Source: Eledone cirrhosa | Taxonomy: Eukaryota | DNA length: 64,000 bases | Assembly: GCA_964016885.1 (NCBI GenBank) | Contig: OZ024742.1 | Location: forward strand, 5,766,001 to 5,830,000 | Direction: 5' to 3' | Part shown: positions 11,914-27,100 of the stretch, piece after piece | How the letters are laid out: every line of letters begins with the position of its first letter | Position numbering within the stretch: position 1 is the stretch's first letter | The notes under the pieces: generated by a model | The model's database searches: none | What the model saw: the letters and a program-made list of their open reading frames with translations, nothing else | What the model was told of the DNA's origin: nothing | Made by a program: the position numbers and the translations under genes

Positions 11914-12255
11914 ATATTGGCCAGACCGAAATCTGTAAATAATATGTGAAATCATCTGGCCACATGTTACCAGACATCTGGACAATTAAATGCTGAGAAA
12001 CTCTTCTAGCAAACTGGCGACAATCTGAACTAAAGAAACTAGACTCCATTTTAGATAGTGACACCAACTTTGAACGTCTTATTAAGTCATTAAATAAGTT
12101 AATAATCAGATAAACAAATAGCAAACAAGTCAAGAAATGATATTACTTTTTCCTCTATTTTCTCTTGAAGCTGAAGAGGAGACATGTTGCCTATAATAAA
12201 GTTGTCGTCTGATGTCTAAGTCTGTATTATCCTAGAATAGCCTACAGGCTTGCTG
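11913..12255 (+). mobile_element. Heavily decayed Penelope-like GIY-YIG 3' end and pLTR remnant
   Basis: att ggc cag acc (IGQT) at 11916; HVTRHLD at 11963 in a shifted frame; SILDSDTNFERLIK at 12045; CTGAAGAGG hammerhead-like half core at 12171. Confidence 0.45.
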
Positions 12256-12276
12256 ATCTCTTTGACTTACTGCGGT

Positions 12277-12512
<236 letters not shown>

Positions 12513-12766
12513 ATACATGAATATTTCAGTATATTTATAAATGCCCGTTTGATCTTTAATCCCCCCCTCTCTCTATCTCTACATGTATATACACCATTAA
12601 CTCAAGCACGCTCCACATATATACCTCGACATTAAATTAGCTTCATAAAACAAACAACCAACCAAACAAACAAACGACAAAATAAAATGTCTATTTTTAC
12701 TCTCAGTACAAAAATACCTTATTGTTTAAAAGCTAACGTATGTGGACACAAGGATAACATAAAGGT

Positions 12767-12973
12767 TCCTAACTATAAACCTAACCCTAAAATTAACCCT
12801 AACCCCAACCCTAACTCTAACCCTAACCGTAACCCTAATCCAAAACCTAACTCTAACTCTAAATCTAACTCTACCCCTAACCCTTACCCTAAATCTAAAT
12901 ATAACCCTAACCCCAACACTAACCCTAAATTTAATCCTAACCCTAAATTTAAACCTAACCCTGACATTAACCC
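12767..12973. repeat. Degenerate telomere-like (CCCTAA)n hexamer tract
   Basis: About 34 hexamers of aaccct/aactct/aaatct type. Confidence 0.8.
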
Positions 12974-13303
12974 GAGGACAATATGTTCCATAATTAACCC
13001 AAGTCCTACATAATGATTTTTCTTCTCTTTTTGATAGAGATTTATTAGCGACTTACAAGTGTGTATTCTATATAAACACATTGTCAGTTCCATGGGAAGC
13101 AAATCAGGAAATATTCAGGTAAACAGGTATCACTGGTTACCATGGTGAAAAGACGAAATCTCACCTGGTACAGACATGTATCACACCACGACAGCTGAAA
13201 GATGGCGAAGAGGCAGACGGAGAAAACCTTGGTCTAATAATCAACATGACTGGACATATTTCAACACTGCGACCTTTCGGCGTAAGAATTTTAAGAGAGA
13301 TCA

Positions 13304-13415
13304 ATGGTGATTAGCTCGTGTTGGATTTAGGATAAAAAAGGTCATGAGTTCGATCTCCAGAGCGGGCAGTGTATTGTATTTTCTTCAACAAAATACTTTA
13401 TTTCATGTTGCTCCA
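13304..13415 (+). mobile_element. tRNA-derived SINE 5' fragment
   Basis: B-box-like gagttcgatctcc followed by ...aaaatactttatttcatgttgctcc, shared with the SINE at ~34050. Confidence 0.6.
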
Positions 13416-13466
13416 TCTGCCGCCTTGTGTTGCGACAGACAGATCAGTATCAGTAATGGAAAGACC

Positions 13467-13625
13467 GATGGAAACATTGTCTCCACGGTGCGATCAGACA
13501 CTCAGCTCCACTCTTTTCCTTACAACAGATCTTAGGAGAGAGAGAGAGATGGAAACATTGTCTCCCTGGTCCGACCAGACGATCAGCTCCCTCCACCATC
13601 CTTTCCTAACAACACATCTTAGAAG
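13467..13625 (+). repeat. Diverged ~80-bp tandem duplication
   Basis: gatggaaacattgtctcc...cagac...cagctcc...aacaNatcttag occurs at 13467 and 13548. Confidence 0.75.
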
Positions 13626-13882
13626 ATATTACAGTAACAAAGAGAGAAAGAGATAAGTCACATTGTCTAAAATAGTTTACAACTTAATGGTTGACATTTG
13701 GCAATCTAAAACTTCAATTTTAACTTCAGCAGTCACTTCCGATTGCGTGTCGTCTGGCCGGAAACGAATTGGAGATTTTATTGCTTTCTAATCTATTTAT
13801 TTATTTGTTTGTTTATTAACATTTGTTAATGTTAATAAATATTTCTCACCTATATCAACGTCAGAGTTAGGTATATATTTAT

Positions 13883-14215
13883 ATCATCGTCATCATCATC
13901 ATCGTCGTCATCATCATCGTCATCATCATCACCACGACCATCATCATCATCATCGACATCGTCATAAGACTCATCGTCATTGTCGTCATTGTTTTTGTTG
14001 TTATTGTAGGTGTTGTTGCTATTGTTGTTACTGTTATTATTATAGTTGTTGTTATTGTTAGTGTTGTTGTTGTTGTTGTAGTTATTATTGTTGTTACTGT
14101 TATTATTGTAGTTGTTGTTATTGTTGTTATTGTTGTTGTAGTTATTATTATTGTTGTTATTATTATTATTGTTGTTGTTATTGTTGTTATTCGTATTGTG
14201 TAGCGTTGTTATTGT
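13883..14215. repeat. (CAT/CGT)n then (GTT/ATT)n microsatellites
   Basis: Direct reading. Confidence 0.9.
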
Positions 14216-14325
14216 TAGTTAGCAGCCATTCAACTCAACCACGATTTATGTATATGCAAAAGTTAAGTGGAAAAAACAAAGCAAACAACACAGTACAATG
14301 AAGAAATATATTAATTTAACGCCTC

Positions 14326-14407
<82 letters not shown>

Positions 14408-14578
14408 CACCATACAGACACGCGTGTCTAGTATGTTTGTATATATTCTTGTATGGCATCATGTGACTATGTACCTAAGTTCATTTTTACCACTAGATAG
14501 ATAGTTAGAGAGAGAGAGGGAGAAACAAGATTCTTTCAATAGAATTTAGACAACAATTAGGTAAATACGCATTTACAC

Positions 14579-14641
14579 ATGTATGTGTGTGTATGTGTGT
14601 GTATGTGTGTATGTGTGTGTATGTGTGTATGTGTGTACGTA

Positions 14642-14672
<31 letters not shown>

Positions 14673-14718
14673 ACATGTGTGTGTGTGTATGTGTGTGTGT
14701 ATGTGCGTATGTGTATGT

Positions 14719-14815
<97 letters not shown>
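14579..14815. repeat. (TG)n microsatellite; (TA)n(GA)n also at 14327-14405
   Basis: Direct reading. Confidence 0.95.
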
Positions 14816-14816
<1 letters not shown>

Positions 14817-14899
14817 AGGTATGTATGTTATTGTATATGTGGATGTATGTTTCTCTATCTGTACATAGATACAGTTATTACATACTGAATTTACGAAAT

Positions 14900-15170
14900 A
14901 TTTTACATATTTTTACTGTTCCATTAATGGATGGTATTTGTAATTTCCTAACTAGTTGTGTTCTTTCTGGTTCTGTGAAGCCCAGCTTCTCAAGATTTGT
15001 ACTGAGGCAGTTACTAACATATCCCAGTATCCAATAATTACAGGTATAAATCTGAAGGTACAGCCAGGGTGGAGTGTATGTAGATTTTTCATCAGTTCTG
15101 CATAGTTATTCTCCTTTTCGCTAATTTTTAATATATTGGCATCTGCTGGGCAGGTAAATTCCACTACTGT
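14900..15170 (-). pseudogene. 3' remnant of an RLE-type (R4/Dong-like) non-LTR retrotransposon endonuclease
   Basis: Minus-strand translation TVVEFTCPADANILKISEKENNYAELMKNLHTLHPGCTFRFIPVIIG aligns with IVDVACPFDTRVQEKEREKINRYQDL...VVPIVVGALG of the element at 41391-41948. Confidence 0.8.
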
Positions 15171-18100
15171 GCTGGACAGCTAACTTCCACTACTGTGCTG
15201 GACAGCTAACTTCCACTACTGTGCTGGACAGGTAACTTCCACTACTGTGCTGGGCAGCTAACTTCCACTATTGTGCTGGACAGCTAACTTCCAGTACTGT
15301 GCTGGACAGGTAACTTCCACTACTGTGTTGGACAGCTAACTTCCACTGTTGTGCTGGACAGCTAACTTCCACTACTGTGCTGGACAGCTAACTTCCACTA
15401 CCGTGCTGGGCAGCTAACTTCCACTACTGTGCTAGGCATCTAACTTCCACTAATGTGTTGGACAGCTAACTTCCACTACTGTGTTGGACAGCTAACTTCC
15501 ACTACTGTGCTGGACAGCTAACTTCCACTACCGTACTGGGCAGCTAACTTCCACTACTGTGCTGGACAGCTAACTTCCACTACTGTGCTGGGCAGCTAAC
15601 TTCCACTACTGTGCTGGACAGGTAACTTCCACTACTGTGCTGGGCAGCTAACTTCCACTACTGTGCTGGACAGCTAACTTCCACTACTGTGTTGGACAGC
15701 TAACTTCCACTACTGTGTTGGACAGCTAACTTCCACTACTGTGCTGGACAGCTAAATTCCACTACTGTGTTGGACAGCTAACTTCCACTATTGTGCTGGA
15801 CAGCTAACTTCCACTACTGTGCTGGGCAGCTAACTTCCACTACTGTGCTGGACAGCTAACTTCCACTGCTGTGTTGGACAGCTAACTTACATTACTGTGG
15901 TGGACAGCTAACTTCCACTACTGTGCTGGACAGCTAACTTCCACTACTGTGTTGGACAGCTAACTTCCACTGTTGTGCTGGACAGCTAACTTCCACTACT
16001 GTGCTGGACAGCTAACTTCCACTGTTGTGCTGGACAGCTAACTTCCACTACTGTGTTGGACAGCTAACTTCCACTGCTGTGTTGGACAGCTAACTTCCAC
16101 TACTGTGTTAGACAGCTAGCTTCCACTGCTGTGTTGGACAGCTAACTTCCACTACTGTGTTGGACAGCTAACTTCCACTGTTGTGCTGGACAGCTAACTT
16201 CCACTACTGTGCTGGGCAGCTAACTTCCACTACTGTGTTGGACAGCTAACTTCCACTACTGTGTTGGACAGCTAACTTCCACTACTGTGTTGGACAGCTA
16301 ACTTCCACTACTGTGTTGGACAGCTAACTTACATTACTGTGGTGGACAGCTAACATCCACTACTGTGCTGGAAGCTAACTTCCACTACTGTGTTGGACAG
16401 GTAACTTCCACTACTGTGTTGGACAGCTAACTTCCACTACTGTGGTGGACAGCTAACTTCCACTACTGTGTTGGACAGCTAACTTCCACTACTGTGCTGG
16501 ACAGCTAACTTCCACTACTGTGCTGGACAGCTAACTTCCACTGTTGTGCTGGACAGCTAACTTCCACTACTGTGTTGGACAGCTAACTTCCACTACTGTG
16601 CTGGACAGCTAACTTCCACTACTGTGTTGGACAGCTAACTTCCACTGCTGTGTTGGACAGCTAACTTCCACTACTGTGTTGGACAGCTAACTTCCACTGT
16701 TGTGCTGGACAGCTAACTTCCACTACTGTGCTGGGCAGCAAACTTCCACTGTTGTGCTGGACAGCTAACTTCCACTACTGTGTTGGACAGCTAACTTCCA
16801 CTGTTGTGCTGGACAGCTAACTTCCACTACTGTATTAGACAGCTAACTTCCACTACTGTGCTGGACAGCTAACTTCCACTGTTGTGCTGGACAGCTAACT
16901 TCCACTACAGTGTTAGACAGCTAACTTCCACTACTGTGTTGGACAGCTAACTTCCACTGTTGTGCTGGACAGCTAACTTCCACTACTGTGTTGGACAGCT
17001 AACTTCCACTACTGTGTTGGAGAGCTAACTTCCACTAGTGTGTTGGACAGCTAACTTCCACTACTGTGCTGGGCAGCTAACTTCCACTGCTGTGTTGGAC
17101 AGCTAACTTCCACTACTGTGTTGGACAGCTAACTTCCACTACTGTGCTAGACAGCTAACTTCCACTACTGTGCTGGACAGCTAACTTCCACTACTGTGCT
17201 GGACAGCTAACTTCCACTGTTGTGCTGGACAGCTAACTTCCACTACTGTGTTGGACAGCTAACTTCCACTGCTGTGTTGGACAGCTAACTTCCACTACTG
17301 AGTTAGACAGCTAACTTCCACTACTGTGTTAGACAGCTAACTTCCACTACTGTGTTGGACAGCTAACTTCCACTACTGTGTTGGACAGCTAACTTCCACT
17401 ACTGTGCTGGGCAGCTAACTTCCACTACTGTGTTAGACAGCTAACTTCCACTGCTGTGTTGGACAGCTAACTTCCACTACTGTGTTGGACAGCTAACTTC
17501 CACTACTGTGTTAGACAGCTAACTTCCACTACTGTGTTGGACAGCTAACTTCCACTACTGTGTTGGACAGCTAACTCCCACTGCTGTGCTGGACAGCTAA
17601 CTTCCACTACTGTGTTAGACAGCTAACTTCCACTGCTGTGTTGGACAGCTAACTTCCACTACTGTGTTGGACAGCTAACTTCCACTACTGTGCTGGGCAG
17701 CTAACTTTCACTGCTGTGTTGGACAGCTAAGTTCCACTACTGTGTTGGACAGCTAACTTCCACTACTGTGTTGGACAGCTAACTTCCACTACTGTGCTGG
17801 ACAGCTAACTTCCACTACTGTGCTGGGCAGCTAACTTCCACTACTGTGCTGGGCAGCTAACTTCCACTGCTGTGTTGGACAGCTAAGTTCCACTACTGTG
17901 TTGGACAGCTAACTTCCACTACTGTGTTGGACAGCTAACTTCCACTACTGTGTTGGACAGCTAACTTACATTACTGTGGTGGACAGCTAACTTCCACTAC
18001 TGTGTTGGACAGCTAACTTCCACTACTGTGCTGGACAGCTAACTTCCACTACCGTGCTGGACAGCTAACTCCCACTATTGTGCTGGACAGCTAACTTCCA

Positions 18101-21100
18101 CTACTGTGTTGGACAGCTAACTTCCACTACTGTGCTGGACAGCTAACTTCTACTACTGTGTTAGACAGCTAACTTCCACTACTGTGCTGGACAGCTAACT
18201 TCCACTACTGTGTTAGACAGCTAACCTCCACTACTGTGTTGGACAGCTAACTTCCAGTACTGTGTTGGACAGCTAACTTCCACTACTGTGTTGGATAGCT
18301 AACTTCCACTACTGTGTTGGACAGCTAACTTCCACTGCTGTGTTGGACAGCTAACTTCCACTACAGTGTTGGACAGCTAACTTCCACTACTGTGTTGGAC
18401 AGCTAACTTCCACTACTGTGTTGGACAGCTAACTTCCACTATTGTGTTGGACAGCTAACTTCCACTACTGTGTTGGACAGCTAACTTCCACTACTGTGTT
18501 GGACAGCTAACTTCCACTACTGTGTTAGACAGCTAACTTCCACTACTGTGTTGGACAGCTAACTTCCACTACTGTGTTGGACAGCTAACTTCCACTGCTG
18601 TGTTGGACAGCTAACTTCCACTGTTGTGCTGGACAGCTAACTTCCACTACTGTGTTAGACAGCTAACTTCCACTACTGTGTTGGACAGCTAACTTCCACT
18701 ACTGTGTTGAACAGCTAACTTCCACTACTGTGTTGGACAGCTAACTTACATTACTGTGGTGGACAGCTAACTTCCACTACTGTGCTGGACAGCTAACTTC
18801 CACTACTGTGTTGGACAGGTAACTTCCACTACTGTGTTGGACAGCTAACTTCCACTACTGTGCTGGGCAGCTAACTTCCACTACTGTGTTGAACAGCTAA
18901 CTTCCACTACTGTGTTGGACAGCTAACTTACATTACTGTGGTGGACAGCTAACTTCCACTACTGTGCTGGACAGCTAACTTCCACTACTGTGTTGGACAG
19001 CTAACTTCCACTACTGTGCTGGACAGCTAACTTCCACTACTGTGTTAGACAGCTAACTTCCACTACTGTGTTGGACAGCTAACTTCCACTACTGTGTTGG
19101 ACAGCTAACTTCCACTGCTGTGTTGGACAGCTAACTTCCACTGTTGTGCTGGACAGCTAACTTCCACTACTGTGTTAGACAGCTAACTTCCACTACTGTG
19201 TTGGACAGCTAACTTCCACTACTGTGTTGAACAGCTAACTTCCACTACTGTGTTGGACAGCTAACTTACATTACTGTGGTGGACAGCTAACTTCCACTAC
19301 TGTGCTGGACAGCTAACTTCCACTACTGTGTTGGACAGGTAACTTCCACTACTGTGTTGGACAGCTAACTTCCACTACTGTGCTGGGCAGCTAACTTCCA
19401 CTACTGTGTTGAACAGCTAACTTCCACTACTGTGTTGGACAGCTAACTTACATTACTGTGGTGGACAGCTAACTTCCACTACTGTGCTGGACAGCTAACT
19501 TCCACTACTGTGTTGGACAGGTAACTTCCACTACAGTGTTGGACAGCTAACTTCCACTACTGTGCTGGACAGCTAACTTCCACTACTGTGCTGGACAGCT
19601 AACTTCCACTACTGTGCTGGACAGCTAACTTCCACTACTGTGCTGGGCAGCTAACTTCAACTGCTGTGTTGGACAGCTAACTTCCACTGCTGTGTTGGAC
19701 AGCTAACTTCCACTAATGTGCTGGACAGCTAACTTACATTACTGTGGTGGACAGCTAACTTCCACTACTGTGCTGGACAGCTAACTTCCACTACTGTGTT
19801 GGACAGCTAACTTCCACTACTGTGTTGGACAGCTAACTTCCACTACTGTGCTGGACAGCTAACTTCCACTACTGTGCTGGACAGCTAACTTCCACTACTG
19901 TGCTGGGCAGCTAACTTCAACTGCTGTGTTGGACAGCTAACTTCCACTACTGTGTTGGACAGCTAACTTCCACTACTGTGCTGGACAGCTAACTTCCACT
20001 ACTGTGCTGGACAGCTAACTTCCACTACTGTGCTGGACAGCTAACTTCCACTACTGTGTTGGACAGCTAACTTCCACTACTGTGCTGGACAGCTAACTTC
20101 CACTACTGTGCTGGACAGCTAACTTCCACTACTGTGTTGGACAGCTAACTTCCACTACTGTGTTGGACAGCTAATTTCCACTACTGTGCTGGGCATCTAA
20201 CTTCCACTACTGTGCTGGAGAGCTAACTTCCACTACTGTGCTGGACAGCTAACTTCCACTACTGTGCTGGACAGCTAACTTCCACTGCTGTGCTGGACAC
20301 CTAACTTCCACTACTGTGTTGGAGAGCTAACTTCCACTACTGTGCTGGACAGCTAACTTCCACTGATGTGCTGGACACCTAACTTCCACTACTGTGTTGG
20401 AGAGCTAACTTCCACTACTGTGCTGGACAGCTAACTTCCACTACTGTGCTGGGCAGCTAACCTCCACTACTGTGCTGGACAGCTAACTTCCACTGCTGTG
20501 TTGGACAGCTAACTTCCACTACTGTGCTGGACAGCTAACTTCCACTACTGTGTTGGGCAGCTAACTTCCACTACTGTGTTGGACAGCTAACTCCCACTGC
20601 TGTGCTGGACAGCTAACTTCCACTACTGTGTTGGACAGCTAACTTCCACTGCTGTGTTGGACAGCTAATTTCCACTACCGTGTTGGACAGCTAATTTCCA
20701 CTACTGTGCTGGACAGCTAAATTCCACTACTGTGCTGGGCAGCTAACTTCCACTACTGTGCTGGACAGCTAACTTCCACTACTGTGCTGGGCAGCTAACT
20801 TCCACTACTGTGTTGGACAGCTAACTCCCACTGCTGTGCTGGACAGCTAACTTCCACTACTGTGCTGGGCAGCTAACTTCCACTGCTGTGTTGGACAGCT
20901 AAGTTCCACTACCGTGTTGGACAGCTAACTTCCACTACTGTGTTGGACAGCTAACTTCCACTACTGTGCTGGACAGCTAACTTTCACTATTGTGCTGGAC
21001 AGCTAACTTCCACTACTGTGTTGGACAGCTAACTTCCACTACTGTGCTGGACAGCTAACTTCCACTGCTGTGTTGGACAGCTAACTTCCACTGCTGTGTT

Positions 21101-24100
21101 GGACAGCTAACTTCCACTACTGTGCTGGGCAGCTAACTTCCACTACTGTGTTGGACTGCTAAGTTCCACTACTGTGTTGGACAGCTAACTTCCACTATTG
21201 TGCTGGACAGCTAACTTCCACTACTGTGCTGGACAGCTAACTTTCACTGCTGTGTTGGACAGCTAACTTCCACTACTGTGTTAGACAGCTAACTTCCACT
21301 ACTGTGTTGGACAGCTAACTTCCACTACTGTGCTGGACAGCTAACCTCCACTACTGTGTTGGACAGCTAACTTCCACTACTGTGTTAGACAGCTAACTTC
21401 CACTACTGTGTTGGACAGCTAACTTCCACTATTGTGTTGGACAGCTAACTTCCACTACTGTGTTGGATAGCTAACTTCCACTACTGTGTTAGACAGCTAA
21501 CTTCCACTACTGTGCTGGACAGCTAACTTCCACTACTGTGCTGGACAGCTAACTTCCACTACTGTGCTGGACAGCTAACTTCCACTACTGTGCTGGACAG
21601 CTAACTTCCACTACTGTGTTGGACAGCTAACTTCCACTACTGTGTTAGACAGCTAACTTCCACTACTGTGCTGGACAGCTAACTTCCACTGCTGTGTTGG
21701 ACAGCTAACTTCCACTACTGTGTTAGACAGCTAACTTCCACTACTGTGCTGGACAGCTAACTTCCACTGCTGTGTTGGACAGCTAACTTCCACTACTGTG
21801 TTAGACAGCTAACTTCCACTGCTGTGTTGGACAGCTAACTTCCACTACTGTGTTAGACAGCTAACTTCCACTACTGTGTTGGACAGCTAACTTCCACTAC
21901 TGTGCTGGACAGCTAACTTCCACTACTGTGTTGGACAGCTAACTTCCACTACTGTGTTGGACAGCTAACTTACATTACTGTGGTGGACAGCTAACTTCCA
22001 CTACTGTGTTGGACAGCTAACTTCCACTACTGTGCTGGGCAGCTAACTTCAACTGCTGTGTTGGACAGCTAACTTCCACTATTGTGTTGGACAGCTAACT
22101 TCCACTACTGTGCTGGGCAGCTAACTTCCACTACTGTGCTGGACAGCTAACTTCCACTACTGTGCTGGAGAGCTAACTTCCACTACTGTGCTGGACAGCT
22201 AACTTCCACTACTGTGTTGGACAGCTAACTTCCACTACTGTGCTGGGCAGCTAACTTCAACTACTGTGCTGGAGAGCTAACTTCCACTACTGTGTTGGAC
22301 AGCTAACTTCCACTACTGTGTTGGACAGCTAACTTCCACTACTGTGCTGGGCAGCTAACTTCCACTACTGTGTTGGACAGCTAACTTCCACTACTGTGTT
22401 GGACAGCTAACTTCCACTACTGTGCTGGGCAGCTAACTTCCACTACTGTGCTGGGCAGCTAACTTCCACTACTGTGTTGGACAGCTAACTTCCACTACTG
22501 TGCTGGACAGCTAACTTCCACTACTGTGTTGGACAGCTAACTTCCACTACTGTGTTGGACAGCTAATTTCCACTACTGTGCTGGGCATCTAACTTCCACT
22601 ACTGTGCTGGAGAGCTAACTTCCACTACTGTGCTGGACAGCTAACTTCCACTACTGTGCTGGACAGCTAACTTCCACTACTGTGCTGGACAGCTAACTTC
22701 CACTAGTGTGTTGGACAGCTAAGTTCAACTACTGTGTTGGACAGCTAACTTGCACTGTTGTGCTGGACAGCTAACTTCCACTACTGTGCTGGACAGCTAA
22801 CTTCCACTGTTGTGCTGGACAGCTAACTTCCACTACTGTGTTGGACAGCTAACTTCCACTGTTGTGCTGGACAGCTAACTTCCACTACTGTGCTGGACAG
22901 CTAACTTCCACTGTTGTGCTGGACAGCTAACTTCCACTACTGTGTTGGACAGCTAACTTCCACTGCTGTGTTGGACAGCTAACTTCCACTACTGTGTTAG
23001 ACAGCTAACTTCCACTACTGTGTTAGACAGCTAACTTCCACTACTGTGTTGGACAGCTAACTTCAACTACTGTGTTGGACAGTTAACTTCCACTACTGTG
23101 CTGGGCAGCTAACTTCCACTACTGTGTTAGACAGCTAACTTCCACTGCTGTATTGGACAGCTAACTTCCACTACTGTGTTGGACAGCTAACTTCCACTAC
23201 TGTGTTAGACAGCTAACTTCCACTACTGTGTTGGACAGCTAACTTCCACTACTGTGTTGGACAGCTAACTCCCACTGCTGTGCTGGACAGCTAACTTCCA
23301 CTACTGTGTTAGACAGCTAACTTCCACTGCTGTGTTGGACAGCTAACTTCCACTACTGTGTTGGACAGCTAACTTCCACTACTGTGCTGGGCAGCTAACT
23401 TCCACTGCTGTGTTGGACAGCTAAGTTCCACTACTGTGTTGGACAGCTAACTTCCACTACTGTGTTGGACAGCTAACTTCCACTACTGTGCTGGACAGCT
23501 AACTTCCACTACTGTGCTTGGCAGCTAACTTCCACTACTGTGCTGGGCAGCTAACTTCCACTGCTGTGTTGGACAGCTAAGTTCCACTACTGTGTTGGAC
23601 AGCTAACTTCCACTACTGTGTTGGACAGCTAACTTCCACTACTGTGTTGGACAGCTAACTTACATTACTGTGGTGGACAGCTAACTTCCACTACTGTGTT
23701 GGACAGCTAACTTCCACTACTGTGCTGGACAGCTAACTTCCACTACCGTGCTGGACAGCTAACTCCCACTATTGTGCTGGACAGCTAACTTCCACTACTG
23801 TGTTGGACAGCTAACTTCCACTACTGTGCTGGACAGCTAACTTCTACTACTGTGTTAGACAGCTAACTTCCACTACTGTGCTGGACAGCTAACTTCCACT
23901 ACTGTGTTAGACAGCTAACTTCCACTACTGTGTTGGACAGCTAACTTCCAGTACTGTGTTGGACAGCTAACTTCCACTACTGTGTTGGACAGCTAACTTC
24001 CACTACTGTGTTGGACAGCTAACTTCCACTGCTGTGTTGGACAGCTAACTTCCACTATTGTGTTGGACAGCTAACTTCCACTACAGTGTTGGACAGCTAA

Positions 24101-27100
24101 CTTCCACTACTGTGTTGGACAGCTAACTTCCACTACTGTGTTGGACAGCTAACTTCCACTATTGTGTTGGACAGCTAACTTCCACTACTGTGTTGGACAG
24201 CTAACTTCCACTACTGTGTTGGACAGCTAACTTCCACTACTGTGTTAGACAGCTAACTTCCACTACTGTGTTGGACAGCTAACTTCCACTACTGTGTTGG
24301 ACAGCTAACTTCCACTGCTGTGTTGGACAGCTAACTTCCACTACTGTGTTGAACAGCTAACTTCCACTACTGTGTTGGACAGCTAACTTACATTACTGTG
24401 GTGGACAGCTAACTTCCACTACTGTGCTGGACAGCTAAGTTCCACTACTGTGTTGGACAGGTAACTTCCACTACTGTGTTGGACAGCTAACTTCCACTAC
24501 TGTGCTGGGCAGCTAACTTCAACTGCTGTGTTGGACAGCTAACTTCCACTACTGTGCTGGACAGCTAACTTCCACTACTGTGCTGGACAGCTAACTTCCA
24601 CTACTGTGCTGGACAGCTAACTTGCACTACTGTGCTGAGCAGCTAACTTCAACTGCTGTGTTGGACAGCTAACTTCCACTGCTGTGTTGGACAGCTAACT
24701 TCCACTACTGTGCTGGACAGCTAACTTACATTACTGTGGTGGACAGCTAACTTCCACTACTGTGCTGGACAGCTAACTTCCACTACTGTGTTGGACAGCT
24801 AACTTCCACTACTGTGTTGGACAGCTAACTTCCACTACTGTGCTGGACAGCTAACTTCCACTACTGTGCTGGACAGCTAACTTCCACTACTGTGCTGGGC
24901 AGCTAACTTCGACTGCTGTGTTGGACAGCTAACTTCCACTACTGTGTTGGACAGCTAACTTCCACTACTGTGCTGGACAGCTAACTTCCACTAATGTGCT
25001 GGACAGCTAACTTCCACTACTGTGCTGGACAGCTAACTTCCACTACTGTGTTGGACAGCTAACTTCCACTACTGTGCTGGACAGCTAACTTCCACTACTG
25101 TGCTGGACAGCTAACTTCCACTACTGTGTTGGACAGCTAACTTCCACTACTATGTTGGACAGCTAATTTCCACTACTGTGCTGGGCATCTAACTTCCACT
25201 ACTGTGCTGGAGAGCTAACTTCCACTATTGTGCTGGACAGCTAACTTCCACTACTGTGCTGGACAGCTAACCTCCACTACTGTGTTGGACAGCTAACTTC
25301 CACTGCTGTGTTGGACAGCTAACTTCCACTACTGTGCTGGACAGCTAACTTCCACTACTGTGCTGGGCAGCTAACTTCCACTACTGTGTTGGACAGCTAA
25401 CTCCCACTGCTGTGCTGGACAGCTAACTTCCACTACTGTGTTGGACAGCTAACTTCCACTGCTGTGTTGGACAGCTAATTTCCACTACCGTGTTGGACAG
25501 CTAATTTCCACTACTGTGCTGGACAGCTAACTTCCACTACTGTGCTGGGCAGCTAACTTCCACTACTGTGCTGGACAGCTAACTTCCACTACTGTGCTGG
25601 GCAGCTAACTTCCACTACTGTGTTGGACAGCTAACTCCCACTGCTGTGCTGGACAGCTAACTTCCACTACTGTGCTGGGCAGCTAACTTCCACTGCTGTG
25701 TTGGACAGCTAAGTTCCACTACCGTGTTGGACAGCTAACTTCCACTACTGTGTTGGACAGCTAACTTCCACTACTGTGCTGGACAGCTAACTTTCACTAT
25801 TGTGCTGGACAGCTAACTTCCACTACTGTGTTGGACAGCTAACTTCCACTACTGTGCTGGACAGCTAACTTCCACTGCTGTGTTGGACAGCTAACTTCCA
25901 CTGCTGTGTTGGACAGCTAACTTCCACTACTGTGCTGGGCAGCTAACTTCCACTACTGTGTTGGACTGCTAAGTTCCACTACTGTGTTGGACAGCTAACT
26001 TCCACTATTGTGCTGGACAGCTAACTTCCACTACTGTGCTGGACAGCTAACTTCCACTGCTGTGTTGGACAGCTAACTTCCACTACTGTGTTAGACAGCT
26101 AACTTCCACTACTGTGTTGGACAGCTAACTTCCACTACTGTGCTGGACAGCTAACTTCCACTACTGTATTGGACAGCTATCTTCCACTACTGTGTTGGAC
26201 AGCTAACTTCCACTACTGTGTTAGACAGCTAACTTCCACTACTGTGCTGGACAGCTAACTTCCACTGCTGTGTTGGACAGCTAACTTCCACTACTGTGCT
26301 GGACAGCTAACTTCTACTACTGTGTTAGACAGCTAACTTCCACTACTGTGCTGGACAGCTAACTTCCACTACTGTGTTAGACAGCTAACTTCCACTACTG
26401 TGTTGGACAGCTAACTTCCACTACTGTGTTGAACAGCTAACTTCCACTACTGTGTTGGACAGCTAACTTCCACTACTGTGTTGGACAGCTAACTTCCACT
26501 ACTGTGTTAGACAGCTAACTTCCACTACTGTGCTGGACAGCTAACTTCCACTACTGTGTTGGATAGCTAACTTCCACTACTGTGTTAGACAGCTAACTTC
26601 CACTACTGTGCTGGACAGTTAACTTCCACTGCTGTGTTGGACAGCTAACTTCCACTACTGTGTTAGACAGCTAACTTCCACTACTGTGCTGGACAGCTAA
26701 CTTCCACTGCTGTGTTGGACAGCTAACTTCCACTACTGTGTTAGACAGCTAACTTCCACTGCTGTGTTGGACAGCTAACTTCCACTACTGTGTTAGACAG
26801 CTAACTTCCACTACTGTGTTGGACAGCTAACTTCCACTACTGTGCTGGACAGCTAACTTCCACTACTGTGTTGGACAGCTAACTTCCACTACTGTGTTGG
26901 ACAGCTAACTTACATTACTGTGGTGGACAGCTAACTTCCACTACTGTGTTGGACAGCTAACTTCCACTACTGTGCTGGGCAGCTAACTTCAACTGCTGTG
27001 TTGGACAGCTAACTTCCACTATTGTGTTGGACAGCTAACTTCCACTACTGTGCTGGGCAGCTAACTTCCACTACTGTGCTGGACAGCTAACTTCCACTAC

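Noticed and set aside
9784-11985. 733-aa and 628-aa pentapeptide-repeat ORFs (NILLT / RILVS)
   Set aside because: By-product of a 15-bp minisatellite open on both strands; no coding signal
12165-12255. Fourth hammerhead ribozyme
   Set aside because: CTGAAGAG is present, but the GAAA core and stem I cannot be formed convincingly; at most a decayed relic
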